Shown piece by piece: positions 17,212-24,956 of a stretch of DNA of 32,255 nucleotides (position 1 is the first letter of the stretch; each line of letters starts with the position of its first letter). The stretch comes from a virus. The DNA lies in the IMG/VR virus record IMGVR_UViG_3300045988_162788, positions 1 to 32,255 of that record; one strand, 5' to 3'. Position numbers and translations under genes: made by a program. The notes beneath the pieces are model-generated. The model was not told the DNA's origin. It did no database searches and was given only the letters and a program-made list of their open reading frames with translations.

Positions 17212-18474
17212 CTACCCCTCAGCGACGGGGTCACCGAGGGAGACAGCAAGCCGCTGGTCTAGCGCGCGGTCACGCTTCAACTGCTCCGGCGACAGACCCA
17301 TGAACTCACGCACCGTCTCAGATGAGACAACGCCTTGAGCCTGAGCCTGCAACATCAATGCGTTACGGGAGCTCAGCGAGATAACCGCTGGGTCACGCCA
17401 GCGCGCTTCGAGGGTTTCGAGCCCCTCGGTATCCACGCCAGCGACTGCTAGGACGCACCGCGCCAAATCCTCGACCGCATCACCAAAAATCGACTGCTTC
17501 AGCTCCGCCTTCGTGATGAGGCGGTCCTTCGCGCTTCGCATCGCCTCCGCGCTTGCCGGGTTCGACTCCGTGGAGACACCCAGCATGAACGGGGGGATGC
17601 CAGTCTGCGAGGACACTTGCTGTGCGTAGACTTTGAACGTGTTCAGTAGCTGGGTCAGGTCAGCACCCGGCACCGAGCCGGTCTGCGACCCGCTCGGACC
17701 AACCAAGAAACGCCCGAAATAGGCTTCCAAGCGGTTCCGCCGCGGGTTCCCGTCCTCGTCTACAAACATTTCCTCGACGCCATCGCCGAACAAAAACCTG
17801 ACAGGCATGGACAGGAGCTCCTGAGCCACCTGCAGATTCGTCAGCGTTCGCGCCGCCGCATCACACAACTTGTGGATCTCTTCAATCTCACTCCGCCCCT
17901 CTTCACCAAGGCGAATCTGGTTCACAAAGGGAATCACGGGGATACCATCGAAGCCGTGCTCATCAATGCTGGTAAGCACCTCGAATCCGTCGCGGATGGA
18001 GAAGAATCTAGTCACGCCGGGCTCATAAACCGCCTTGTACGTATCCAAACCATCACGGTAAGTCTGCACCGCCTGGACCAGGCGGCCTGTAGCGTCTCTC
18101 CGCAGTTCAAACTCATCACCAGCGTGCACGGAAATGTGCGGGATAGATGGGTTAGAGCCACCGCCAACGACCATGAATGCCGCGCCAGAGACTAGAGCCT
18201 CCGTCAGCGCCAGCGTCAGCTTCGTTCGGAAATTATTCGCCTGCAGGATGCGGTTCAGCTGTTCAGGAGCCTCATCCTGACCGCCATTTCGCGAAATCGA
18301 GAAACCATCAAGAACCAAAGACTCGACCAGCACGTCCACTGCCAACTTCGGCCAGCCCACCTGCATTTCGAGAATGCGGACGTCAGGAGGCAAGGACACG
18401 CCGATAGCGTCCAACCTCGCTTCGCCGTTATAGTAGTTCTCCCATTTGCGGGGGTTCTTTACAACACGGCCCAT
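17212..18474 (-). CDS. Portal protein
   Basis: 420 aa, directly after terL with a 16-nt overlap. Size and sequence character match SPP1 gp6-type portals. Confidence 0.85.
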   Translation of the reverse strand: MGRVVKNPRKWENYYNGEARLDAIGVSLPPDVRILEMQVGWPKLAVDVLVESLVLDGFSISRNGGQDEAPEQLNRILQANNFRTKLTLALTEALVSGAAFMVVGGGSNPSIPHISVHAGDEFELRRDATGRLVQAVQTYRDGLDTYKAVYEPGVTRFFSIRDGFEVLTSIDEHGFDGIPVIPFVNQIRLGEEGRSEIEEIHKLCDAAARTLTNLQVAQELLSMPVRFLFGDGVEEMFVDEDGNPRRNRLEAYFGRFLVGPSGSQTGSVPGADLTQLLNTFKVYAQQVSSQTGIPPFMLGVSTESNPASAEAMRSAKDRLITKAELKQSIFGDAVEDLARCVLAVAGVDTEGLETLEARWRDPAVISLSSRNALMLQAQAQGVVSSETVREFMGLSPEQLKRDRALDQRLAVSLGDPVAEG

Positions 18475-19910
18475 TGACTACCTCCCTTCTTGTCCTTCTC
18501 AGTCAGCCCATGGAGCGCCAAAGTGCACGCCACCAAAGGAGAAATATCTTGGCTTCGATCATCACGCGTCCAGCTCCATAGCTCACTACCACCTTTAGAA
18601 CGTCGGCAAGCCTGCACAGAATCATCCAACTCCTCCTGACCGGTATGTCTCACCTGAGCGCGACCCAGCGCCTCATAAAACGCGCCGCATGCCTGCTGAT
18701 ACGTGCGATGGTCAAGACCTCGCATCATCCGTTTAGTCTTCGGTGACGATGAGATTACGTCCGTGGTCTGTGACCCCGCCGTGTACACCATCGCCATAGG
18801 TTTCCACTTCCGTTTCAGCTCTTCTAGACGCTGCGGAACCCAATCGGTTCCCACGCGCCTGTCGATAACCTCGATATGGATGTTCCCGTCAGCCCGACGA
18901 GAAGCCAAGGAAATCGTCGCCACATCACGCAAGGGCGTCACGTCAACGCCAAAGGCCATCTCCACACCAGCGCGGGACTTCTTGTCGAGACATTGAGCCC
19001 AGAAATCAGCAGGGATAGCCGACGCCGAGCCAACCTTCGACCAAATCCCGAGCCTCTCGCGCTTAAAGTGCTCGTCACTCATCGCCAACCGCTCCGAAGC
19101 GACATAATCGGGACTGATTCGGTACCCCAAAGCCGGGTTAGCCAAAGCCCAATTCCTCGGGTCAGCCGGATCAGCCTCAGATGGCACTGACCACTCATAA
19201 AACGCCAGCTTCTCCTCTTTCTCAGGGCTAAGCGCACGGTCTCGAAGCCCCTTCAAGACCTCAGAATCAGGCATACCCGCAGAACTCGTGTACCAGATCT
19301 GCGGGGACTCATGAAGAGACTTCGAAGCCAGCGTCGGCAACATAGATGCCTGCGCCGACCTCGACAAATCGAACGCCTCGTCAAAAACAACCAAGTCCGC
19401 GGTGAAGCCACGCGCGGAGCCGCTACTACGAGCCGCAAAAAGGATGCGATTACCATTCGCCGCCGTGAAAGACATGCCCGCATTGCCGGTTTTAATGCCA
19501 GGAATCTTCCCGTGGGGGTCACCGTTGTACCCCTGCATGTACTCAACCAATTCACTATTGCGAATCAAAGACTCAAGTCTCTGATGATGTTCGGCAGCAG
19601 TCTTGAAATGGTGCGCCGAATGCAGCGTGACTTTCTCACCAAACAAAAACATTGCCGCCAGCTCACGAGCTTCAAGGATGGAACCCTTGCCATTCTGTCG
19701 AGGAACGATAAGCCCAACTTCAAAGGCCTGCCAGCGCCCATCTGGACGCTCAGCCAGCGAACCACGGAGCACATATTCCTGCCAGGGGTCAAGGATAAGA
19801 CCTGCCATCTTTGCCACAGCAACCGCTTCATCACCTGCAGAGCTGACGTGGAGTGGTGTCACGTCTATGCGAGGAGTCTGAGACCCCATCAGCTGAGTCG
19901 TCTCAGCCAC
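18459..19910 (-). CDS. Terminase large subunit
   Basis: 483 aa with a P-loop-like VPRQNGKGS, a Walker B-like LVVFDEAF, and a C-terminal nuclease-type region. Confidence 0.9.
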   Translation of the reverse strand: MAETTQLMGSQTPRIDVTPLHVSSAGDEAVAVAKMAGLILDPWQEYVLRGSLAERPDGRWQAFEVGLIVPRQNGKGSILEARELAAMFLFGEKVTLHSAHHFKTAAEHHQRLESLIRNSELVEYMQGYNGDPHGKIPGIKTGNAGMSFTAANGNRILFAARSSGSARGFTADLVVFDEAFDLSRSAQASMLPTLASKSLHESPQIWYTSSAGMPDSEVLKGLRDRALSPEKEEKLAFYEWSVPSEADPADPRNWALANPALGYRISPDYVASERLAMSDEHFKRERLGIWSKVGSASAIPADFWAQCLDKKSRAGVEMAFGVDVTPLRDVATISLASRRADGNIHIEVIDRRVGTDWVPQRLEELKRKWKPMAMVYTAGSQTTDVISSSPKTKRMMRGLDHRTYQQACGAFYEALGRAQVRHTGQEELDDSVQACRRSKGGSELWSWTRDDRSQDISPLVACTLALHGLTEKDKKGGSQWAVL

Positions 19911-19924
19911 AGAGCCTCACCTCC

Positions 19925-20425
19925 TTATCCGGCGGCTTGCGCCTCCTCGATACGACGCCGGCGAAGAGCCGCCAACTCGTCAAGCGCGCTCATCTTCGGT
20001 TTCACAGCCTCACTCAGCTTCGCGATATCAGCCGCAGCCTCACGCTCAGCATTCAGCAGAGCCGCCACATCACGAGGCCCAGCAACAATCAGAGCCGCGC
20101 GAGCCTTGTAGAGGCGCCACCGCGCGGACTCCAACGGGTCCTCATGCGTCGGCACAGCCACATCACGGGTCGCGCCGTAGGCGACCATCTGCTCAACGAC
20201 CACGGAGCCAGCTTGTCCAACGGCTCGGACAACAGGCGCAGAATCAGGAGCACCATTCACGGGTTCCGGCGGCCGCTCCGCAGCCTTACGATCACGCGCC
20301 GCCTTCGACGCGGCACGCTCCGCAGCCTTACATTCCGGGCAAGGAGGCTCACCCCGGCGACGGTGACGCTTCGCCGCCGCCGTAGTCCCACACGGGGCAA
20401 GCTTGCGGCTCTTTTTCTCAGCCAT
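19925..20425 (-). CDS. Terminase small subunit
   Basis: 166 aa, immediately upstream of terL. It has the N-terminal CGT...RH..RGE..C..C DNA-binding motif common in actinophage small terminases. Confidence 0.7.
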   Translation of the reverse strand: MAEKKSRKLAPCGTTAAAKRHRRRGEPPCPECKAAERAASKAARDRKAAERPPEPVNGAPDSAPVVRAVGQAGSVVVEQMVAYGATRDVAVPTHEDPLESARWRLYKARAALIVAGPRDVAALLNAEREAAADIAKLSEAVKPKMSALDELAALRRRRIEEAQAAG

Positions 20426-20601
20426 AAATCCCCCTCTCTCATGGGAATTTTTGGGTTATGAGCCCCGTGGGGGGATGTCACTATGACCGAAGGGGGAAAC
20501 TTGACCCCATAGGGGGTAACCCCCCGGGGTACGTTTCCCAATCCGTCATCATCTGAAAACCAAATCCGTTTCGTAGTCATTGAACAAAAAGCTGTTTGGA
20601 T
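20426..20601. other. Candidate cos / packaging-recognition region
   Basis: This is the 176-bp non-coding gap between HNH and terS. It contains three self-complementary C-run/G-run elements: ccccgtgggggg (20463..20474), ccccataggggg (20505..20516) and ccccccgggg (20520..20529). Confidence 0.4.
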
Positions 20602-20892
20602 TCACCATGCTTGCGTGGTCTTTGGCGCTCGTACTTGGTGTGCGAGTCGTTTGCGTCCGCGTCGGCTGTTGCATCGTCGGTGTGCTGGTGCGAGGTCGCC
20701 GAGCAGATTGCCGCCGTTGGCGAGTGCGTCGAGGTGGTCGGCGGTGAAGGCCAGCGGGTGAGTGTAGGGCAGGCTCATATCGATTGGTTTGCCGCAGAGG
20801 TGGCAGGGCCAGCCGTTGTCGTTGGTTGCTTTGCGGAGTGCTGCGGCTTTGGCGCGGTAGGTGCGGTCACTGTATTTTGTCGCAGTCGTCAC
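20602..20892 (-). CDS. HNH endonuclease (packaging-associated)
   Basis: 96 aa with a GTG start. It shows CHLCGKPI...TADHLDALANGG...APAHRRCN, a His-Me finger pattern, and is adjacent to terS. Confidence 0.85.
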   Translation of the reverse strand: MTTATKYSDRTYRAKAAALRKATNDNGWPCHLCGKPIDMSLPYTHPLAFTADHLDALANGGNLLGDLAPAHRRCNSRRGRKRLAHQVRAPKTTQAW

Positions 20893-21076
20893 AGTCGCAC
20901 CTGCTTCCGATGATGGCGCGTAGTCGAGCCTTGCTGATGGTGAGGGAGAAGTAGCTCTCGTTTTCGAAGATTGCTTGTCCCCAGCTGATGTCGACGTCCC
21001 ATTCTGTGGGGAATCGCTTTTGGAGTGTCTTGAAGATTTGTTCTTCTTCTTCGTCGGTGAAGCTTCTGCGGCACAT
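20867..21076 (-). CDS. Hypothetical small protein (paralogue of 21087..21251)
   Basis: 69 aa, with SD GGGAGGA before the ATG. It has an N-terminal TDEE.E motif at residues 7-12 and a C-terminal CDCDDCD. Confidence 0.6.
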   Translation of the reverse strand: MCRRSFTDEEEEQIFKTLQKRFPTEWDVDISWGQAIFENESYFSLTISKARLRAIIGSRCDCDDCDKIQ

Positions 21077-21086
21077 GGTGTCCTCC

Positions 21087-21251
21087 CTAGATAACGGGGG
21101 GTGTAGATGAGGTTACTGTCACGACAATAACGACTTGTTTGTCGTCAAAAATCTGTTGCTCAAAGATTATTTCGCTGGCACCTGGGTAACAATCTGAAAT
21201 CAGTGCCAGCACCTTCTCACGTTCTTCGTCCGTGAGGCGTCGTGTGTGCAT
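21087..21251 (-). CDS. Hypothetical small protein
   Basis: 54 aa from the ATG at 21251, with SD GAGGAA 5-6 nt upstream. This is the internal start of ORF 21087..21275. It shares the TDEE.E motif with the next gene. Confidence 0.6.
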   Translation of the reverse strand: MHTRRLTDEEREKVLALISDCYPGASEIIFEQQIFDDKQVVIVVTVTSSTPPVI

Positions 21252-21261
21252 TGCGTTTCCT

Positions 21262-21429
21262 CTAGGTCGTGGCAAGGCATAGCGTTACAAGGGCTGTTGC
21301 GAAACTCATCACTCCTGCAAGGATTGTGGTGAAGAATCGTGACGCCGTTATTTTGAACGTCAGTGCGGAAGCAGTAACTGTCAGGTTTGTGCCGATTGTG
21401 GCGGCAAAGAAGGCGATTAGTATCTGCAT
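21262..21429 (-). CDS. Small hydrophobic protein (55 aa), first gene of the late operon; absent from the ORF track
   Basis: The sequence reads AAAGAGGTGAAAATG, then MQILIAFFAATIGTNLTVTASALTFKITASRFFTTILAGVMSFATALVTLCLATT, then TAG. The stop is embedded in the SD of the next gene. Confidence 0.55.
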   Translation of the reverse strand: MQILIAFFAATIGTNLTVTASALTFKITASRFFTTILAGVMSFATALVTLCLATT

Positions 21430-21449
21430 TTTCACCTCTTTGGGAACAA

Positions 21450-21484
21450 AAAGCCCCCGACACCTGACGGTTACCGGGGGCTTT
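21450..21484 (-). terminator. Rho-independent terminator between the early operon / candidate late promoter and the late genes
   Basis: Minus-strand RNA reads AAAGCCCCCG, then a 15-nt loop, then CGGGGGCUUU followed by UUGUU. The SD of the first late gene begins about 5 nt after the U-rich tract. Confidence 0.75.
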
Positions 21485-21500
21485 GGGCACAGCTGTGCCC
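21485..21500. promoter_or_regulatory. Perfect 16-bp palindrome GGGCACAGCTGTGCCC in the predicted late leader
   Basis: The palindrome is perfect. It lies between the candidate -10 element and the terminator stem, so it could be a protein-binding site or a 6-bp RNA stem with an AGCU loop. Confidence 0.5.
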
Positions 21501-21508
21501 GATAACTT

Positions 21509-22111
21509 TTATTTTACGAAAATTTCCGCAGCTTGCAAGTGGGCGAGCCGCTTGATTGCTTCATACCCTGTCTCAGTCCAGCCGCAGGCTCCGCAGCACG
21601 TCATGACTCGGGTCGAGGGCTGTTCCTCTGGGCGGACGATGATAGCGAGCGCGTCGTCTACTTTTGTGGTGCCGTCGGTGAGTTGGCGGGTGTTGGTTGC
21701 TTTCTTGCATCGGGGGCAGGGGGTGTTGTGGAGGTGGACGGTGGTGTGGTTGAGGGTTCGGATGCGTCGTGTCCATTCTGTGGCGTAGATGGTTGCGACG
21801 GTTCGGTTTTCGTTGGTTGCCCATTCTCGGACGGCTTGTTTGAGCGTGGGGTTGGGGGTGGTGGTGTGTGGGGTGGTGCGGTTGCGGATGTCGTGTTCAA
21901 GTTCGATTGCGTCGAGGTTGCAGATTGCGCCGGTGTTTTTGTTTTTGCCGCTGCGGCCTGTTCCGTTTCTGTCGGTGACTGCGATGCGGAGTTGGTCGAG
22001 GAGTGGCATTTCTTGGATGACGGTGGGGGTGCCGTCGTCGAGTTTGCGGATGCGTGGGGTGCCGTCGCAGAGGGCGGTGATCATGCTTTCGAGTGTTGGG
22101 TTGGGGTGCAT
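21509..22111 (-). CDS. Cys4 (zinc-ribbon-like) protein, last early gene; candidate late-gene regulator
   Basis: 200 aa with SD GGAG. It has CPRC (132-135) and CCGAC (172-176). I recognise no homology; the regulatory role is inferred from position only. Confidence 0.6.
   Translation of the reverse strand: MHPNPTLESMITALCDGTPRIRKLDDGTPTVIQEMPLLDQLRIAVTDRNGTGRSGKNKNTGAICNLDAIELEHDIRNRTTPHTTTPNPTLKQAVREWATNENRTVATIYATEWTRRIRTLNHTTVHLHNTPCPRCKKATNTRQLTDGTTKVDDALAIIVRPEEQPSTRVMTCCGACGWTETGYEAIKRLAHLQAAEIFVK
21511..21538 (-). promoter_or_regulatory. Candidate late promoter (TTGCAA - 16 nt - TAAAAT)
   Basis: On the minus strand the -35 TTGCAA is at 21538..21533 and the -10 TAAAAT at 21516..21511. 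Both lie within the last codons of CDS 21509..22111. Confidence 0.55.
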
Positions 22112-22181
22112 GGGTTGCTCCTGTGCGTTTGTTGGGTGGCGCGGCGGCTGGTGTGGCCGCCGTGCCGTGGTGTGTGGTGTG

Positions 22182-22412
22182 TTAGTTGATGGGTTTGTAG
22201 GTGTAGTTGGGGAGGGTGGGGTGTTTGGTGGTTAGCTCATTGGATTTGTAGTGGAGGGTGTAGTGTTCCCAGTTGGTGGGGAGGAGGGAGCGGAAGAGGC
22301 GTTCGATTTCGTTGCGGCGGTCTCCTGGGGTGTTGGGGTCGTAGTCGATGGTGGCGCACATGATGGGGTGGTCGGGTGCGGTGTTGGTGTAGATGGCGAG
22401 GCGTTCTAGCAT
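22182..22412 (-). CDS. Hypothetical protein
   Basis: 76 aa from the ATG at 22412, with an ATGCTAG overlap to the Bro-N gene stop. This is the last part of the otherwise spurious 266-aa ORF 22182..22982. Confidence 0.55.
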   Translation of the reverse strand: MLERLAIYTNTAPDHPIMCATIDYDPNTPGDRRNEIERLFRSLLPTNWEHYTLHYKSNELTTKHPTLPNYTYKPIN

Positions 22413-23083
22413 TGTTCGGTTCCTTCCTTGGTGAGGTTTTCGGTTTTCCATTCGAGGTATCGCGCGAGGCGTTCGAGGTCGAGCGCGTGTTTGACGGTGT
22501 TTTCGTCTGCTGCGGGGTTTGCGAGGATTCCTTCGCAGAGGGTGTGTACGTGTGAGGTGACGTAGCGGGCTTGGTCTGCGAGGTTGGTGTTGATGTCCTT
22601 TCGGGTGGGAGTGTTGTGGGGTTGGGGGGTGAGGAGGTCGTCGATGCCGGGGACGGTGTTTGCAGAATCGGCGAGCGCGGGCGCTGCGGCGAGCGCATGA
22701 CCGCCTGCTGTGCCTGCGGTGCGGGGCTGGTAGGTGGTGGGGACGGGGCCGGCGAGGAGTTCGTGTTCGTGTTGCTTGATCCAGGCGGCGGTGTTGAGGC
22801 GTTCGGTTTTGTTGTGCTTGAGGCGTGCGTACTTGATGCGGCGGGCGAGCGCGTTGGTGGGGGCGTAGAGGAGTTTGTTTTTGCCGTTGGAGGCGTATTC
22901 GATTCGGTTGTTGTCGGGGATTTGGGATTGGAGGGAGTTGCCCTTGTAGCCGGCGGCGCGGGCGATGTCGAGGATGCACCACCAGACGCGGGTGGGGTTG
23001 TGGAGTGCGTCGTGCTGGACGGCGAAGCGGATGGTGTAGCCGTTGTGGGTGGTGGTGCCGGGGAGGTAGGTGTTGGTGTTCAT
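22406..23083 (-). CDS. Bro-N domain protein (antirepressor-like)
   Basis: 225 aa from the ATG at 23083, with SD AAGGAG. The N-terminal GYTIRFAVQHD...RVWWCILDIARAAGYKGNS resembles the Bro-N / KilA-N-type DNA-binding domain. Confidence 0.7.
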   Translation of the reverse strand: MNTNTYLPGTTTHNGYTIRFAVQHDALHNPTRVWWCILDIARAAGYKGNSLQSQIPDNNRIEYASNGKNKLLYAPTNALARRIKYARLKHNKTERLNTAAWIKQHEHELLAGPVPTTYQPRTAGTAGGHALAAAPALADSANTVPGIDDLLTPQPHNTPTRKDINTNLADQARYVTSHVHTLCEGILANPAADENTVKHALDLERLARYLEWKTENLTKEGTEQC

Positions 23084-23094
23084 GGTGTTTCTCC

Positions 23095-23532
23095 TTAGTG
23101 GGTGGTGGGCTCGATGATGATGCGCACGCCAGGGTTGGGGTGGAGCTTGTCGGTGTAGTTCTTGGTGGCGATGAGGTGGGTGCATCGTGCGTCGTCGTCG
23201 ATGATGTCGGCGGCGGTGAGGGAGTCGAGGACGGCTCGGGTTAGTTTGTCGACGTCGGGTTTGACGGCGTGGATACCTTTGCCGTTGGGGTCTCGGTATC
23301 GGGGACGTTGGGGCGGGGAGAACCTGAAATCGAGGTAGATGGTGAAGGGGCCGGGGACGCGGCGGCCTGCTGCTTGGGCGGCGAGCGCGGTTTGCAGGGT
23401 GTTGCGCCAGGGTTTGAGTCTTTTGTTGGCTTCGATGAGGCGAGCGCGGGTGCCGTGTCTGATTGCTGTTTTGGAGCCTTGGGGAATCGGTGTTCCTACG
23501 ATGAAGAAGGTAAGCGGCTCTGGTTTGGTCAT
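23095..23532 (-). CDS. rusA: RusA-family Holliday junction resolvase
   Basis: 145 aa. It shows FFIVGTPIPQGSK, a KPW motif, and KPDVDKLTRAVLDSLT...IDDDARC, typical of RusA. Confidence 0.9.
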   Translation of the reverse strand: MTKPEPLTFFIVGTPIPQGSKTAIRHGTRARLIEANKRLKPWRNTLQTALAAQAAGRRVPGPFTIYLDFRFSPPQRPRYRDPNGKGIHAVKPDVDKLTRAVLDSLTAADIIDDDARCTHLIATKNYTDKLHPNPGVRIIIEPTTH

Positions 23533-23542
23533 TGGGTTGTCC

Positions 23543-23896
23543 TTAGTGGAAGAAGCTGCTGACGAAGGTGGCGAGGATGATGATGAGGAAGAACGCGGCG
23601 GTGAGCCAGATCTGGGTGTTGCGTAGCTTGTCGCTGAGGTCGGCGATGCGTTGGTCTTGCCAGTTGGCTCGGCGGTTGGCTTCCTTGAGAGTTTCGGTAT
23701 GTGTCTTGAGTTCTTCGGTGTGTTCCTTGAGGCGGGCGGCGGTTGCTTCGGTTGAGGTGTCGTAGGCGGTTTCGAGGGTGGTGAGTCGTGCTGACAGGGT
23801 GGGGCTGTTTTTGACTTCGGTGACGGCCTGGGTGAGGGCTTCTCCTGCGAGGCGCTTGATGTCGTTGTAGCTGGTGGGCTGGCTGTTGGTGGTCAT
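23543..23896 (-). CDS. Tail-anchored coiled-coil membrane protein
   Basis: 117 aa: a helical N-terminal part plus a C-terminal TM (NTQIWLTAAFFLIIILATFVSSFF). Confidence 0.65.
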   Translation of the reverse strand: MTTNSQPTSYNDIKRLAGEALTQAVTEVKNSPTLSARLTTLETAYDTSTEATAARLKEHTEELKTHTETLKEANRRANWQDQRIADLSDKLRNTQIWLTAAFFLIIILATFVSSFFH

Positions 23897-23920
23897 TGTG
23901 ACTCCTAAAGTGTTGGGTGT

Positions 23921-24463
23921 TTAGAACGGGGGCTGGTCGGTGGTGTACGGGGTGGGGTATGCCGGTGCTTGCTGGTATCCCTGCGGCGAGCGCGGTGCCG
24001 GCGTCTGTGCAGCCGGTGCCTGCGGTGCGGGGTGCTGCTGGTATCCGTTGGTGGGCTGTGCTTGGTATCCGTGGGGCGGGTACTGGGTGGGTACTGCGGG
24101 GCGCGGTGCCGGGCGGCCGGTGGATCCGATGGGTTTGGGGTTGGTGGGTACGATGCCGACGACGGATGCGATGAAGCGGAGCTGGTTGCCTTCGGTGCCG
24201 TCGGTGCGGGTGTAGGTTCGCATTTCTTCGATTCCTCGGATGATGACTCGTGCTCCCTTGGTGAGGTTTTCGGCGATGGTTTCGGCGTTCTTGTAGGCGG
24301 CGACGCGGCGCCAGGTGGTGTTGATGGTCTCGTAGGTGCCGTTGTCGAGTTTGCGGACGCGGTTGTCTGCGACGGAGAAGTTGCAGACGGTGCCGCCGCC
24401 GGGCAGGTTGTGCAGTTCGATGGTTTCGCCGACGTTGCCGACGATGGTCAGTTCGTTAGACAT
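23921..24463 (-). CDS. ssb: Single-stranded DNA-binding protein
   Basis: 180 aa. It has an OB-fold N-terminus (LTIVGNVG...WRRVAAYKNAETIAENLTKGARV), a Gly/Pro/Gln-rich linker and an acidic tip, DQPPF. Confidence 0.9.
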   Translation of the reverse strand: MSNELTIVGNVGETIELHNLPGGGTVCNFSVADNRVRKLDNGTYETINTTWRRVAAYKNAETIAENLTKGARVIIRGIEEMRTYTRTDGTEGNQLRFIASVVGIVPTNPKPIGSTGRPAPRPAVPTQYPPHGYQAQPTNGYQQHPAPQAPAAQTPAPRSPQGYQQAPAYPTPYTTDQPPF

Positions 24464-24956
24464 GGGTGAGGTCCTTTCCGATGGTGTTTGCGATTGCGTG
24501 GACGTTTGCGGCGTTAGCGTTGGTGAGTGCCTTCAGCTGTGGGCGGGGGTATGGGGGTAGGGGCTGGGCGGTTCCTCGGTGGTGTGGGTCGAGGGATTCC
24601 AAAATTCGGTTGTAGCGGTTGATGAGGGCGGTAATGTTGACCCAGTCAGTCTCGCTGTAGACGTCTTCCTTTTCTTCGTTGATGAGTGCCATGAGGCGGG
24701 TGAGGGTGCGCTTCTTGTGGGCGAGCGCGGCATCCTTTTCCTTGAGGCGTTCCCAGGCTTTGGCGATGTCGGGGATTTGCGGTGCCCCGTAGAGGCGGGT
24801 GGCGTAGAGCTCTTTGATGAGGTCGGTGCTGCGTTCTGCGGGGATTTCTCCGACGAAGATGCCTGCGGCGGCTTCCTGCATGGGGTCGAGGGACTCAATG
24901 CGGGTATCCGTGGCGATGAGCAGTAGCCAGAATTGTCGGAATTCGTCGAGTGTCAT
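24456..24956 (-). CDS. Hypothetical protein (replication-module position)
   Basis: 166 aa, between the initiator and SSB, with an 8-nt overlap to ssb. No motif recognised. Confidence 0.65.
   Translation of the reverse strand: MTLDEFRQFWLLLIATDTRIESLDPMQEAAAGIFVGEIPAERSTDLIKELYATRLYGAPQIPDIAKAWERLKEKDAALAHKKRTLTRLMALINEEKEDVYSETDWVNITALINRYNRILESLDPHHRGTAQPLPPYPRPQLKALTNANAANVHAIANTIGKDLTHV

Noticed and set aside
20508-20517. Short shared motifs: CATAGGGGGT in both the cos region and the iterons; CTTTGGGCACA at 91..101 and 21481..21491; GTCACTAT in the cos region and the att repeats.
   Set aside because: Exact repeats of 8-11 nt are expected many times by chance among all position pairs in 32 kb. 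They are not treated as evidence of shared binding sites.
21533-22189. A long plus-strand ORF (218 aa, Gly/Val-rich), together with similar ones at 22571..23098, 23969..24469, 24579..24926, 25122..25451, 26411..27061 and the 5' part of 27325..28212.
   Set aside because: They lie antisense to recognisable minus-strand genes (Bro-N, RusA, SSB, initiator). Their composition is low-complexity G/V/C-rich and they have no SD. They exist simply because the plus strand here is A-poor, so stop codons are rare.
22182-22982. A 266-aa Pro/Arg/His-rich minus-strand ORF. Related alternative-frame ORFs are 22237..22698, 21573..21824 and 21658..21900.
   Set aside because: It is an alternative frame of the Bro-N gene with extreme low-complexity composition. 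Only its last 76 codons (22182..22412) are accepted, because they have a proper ATG overlapping the Bro-N stop.
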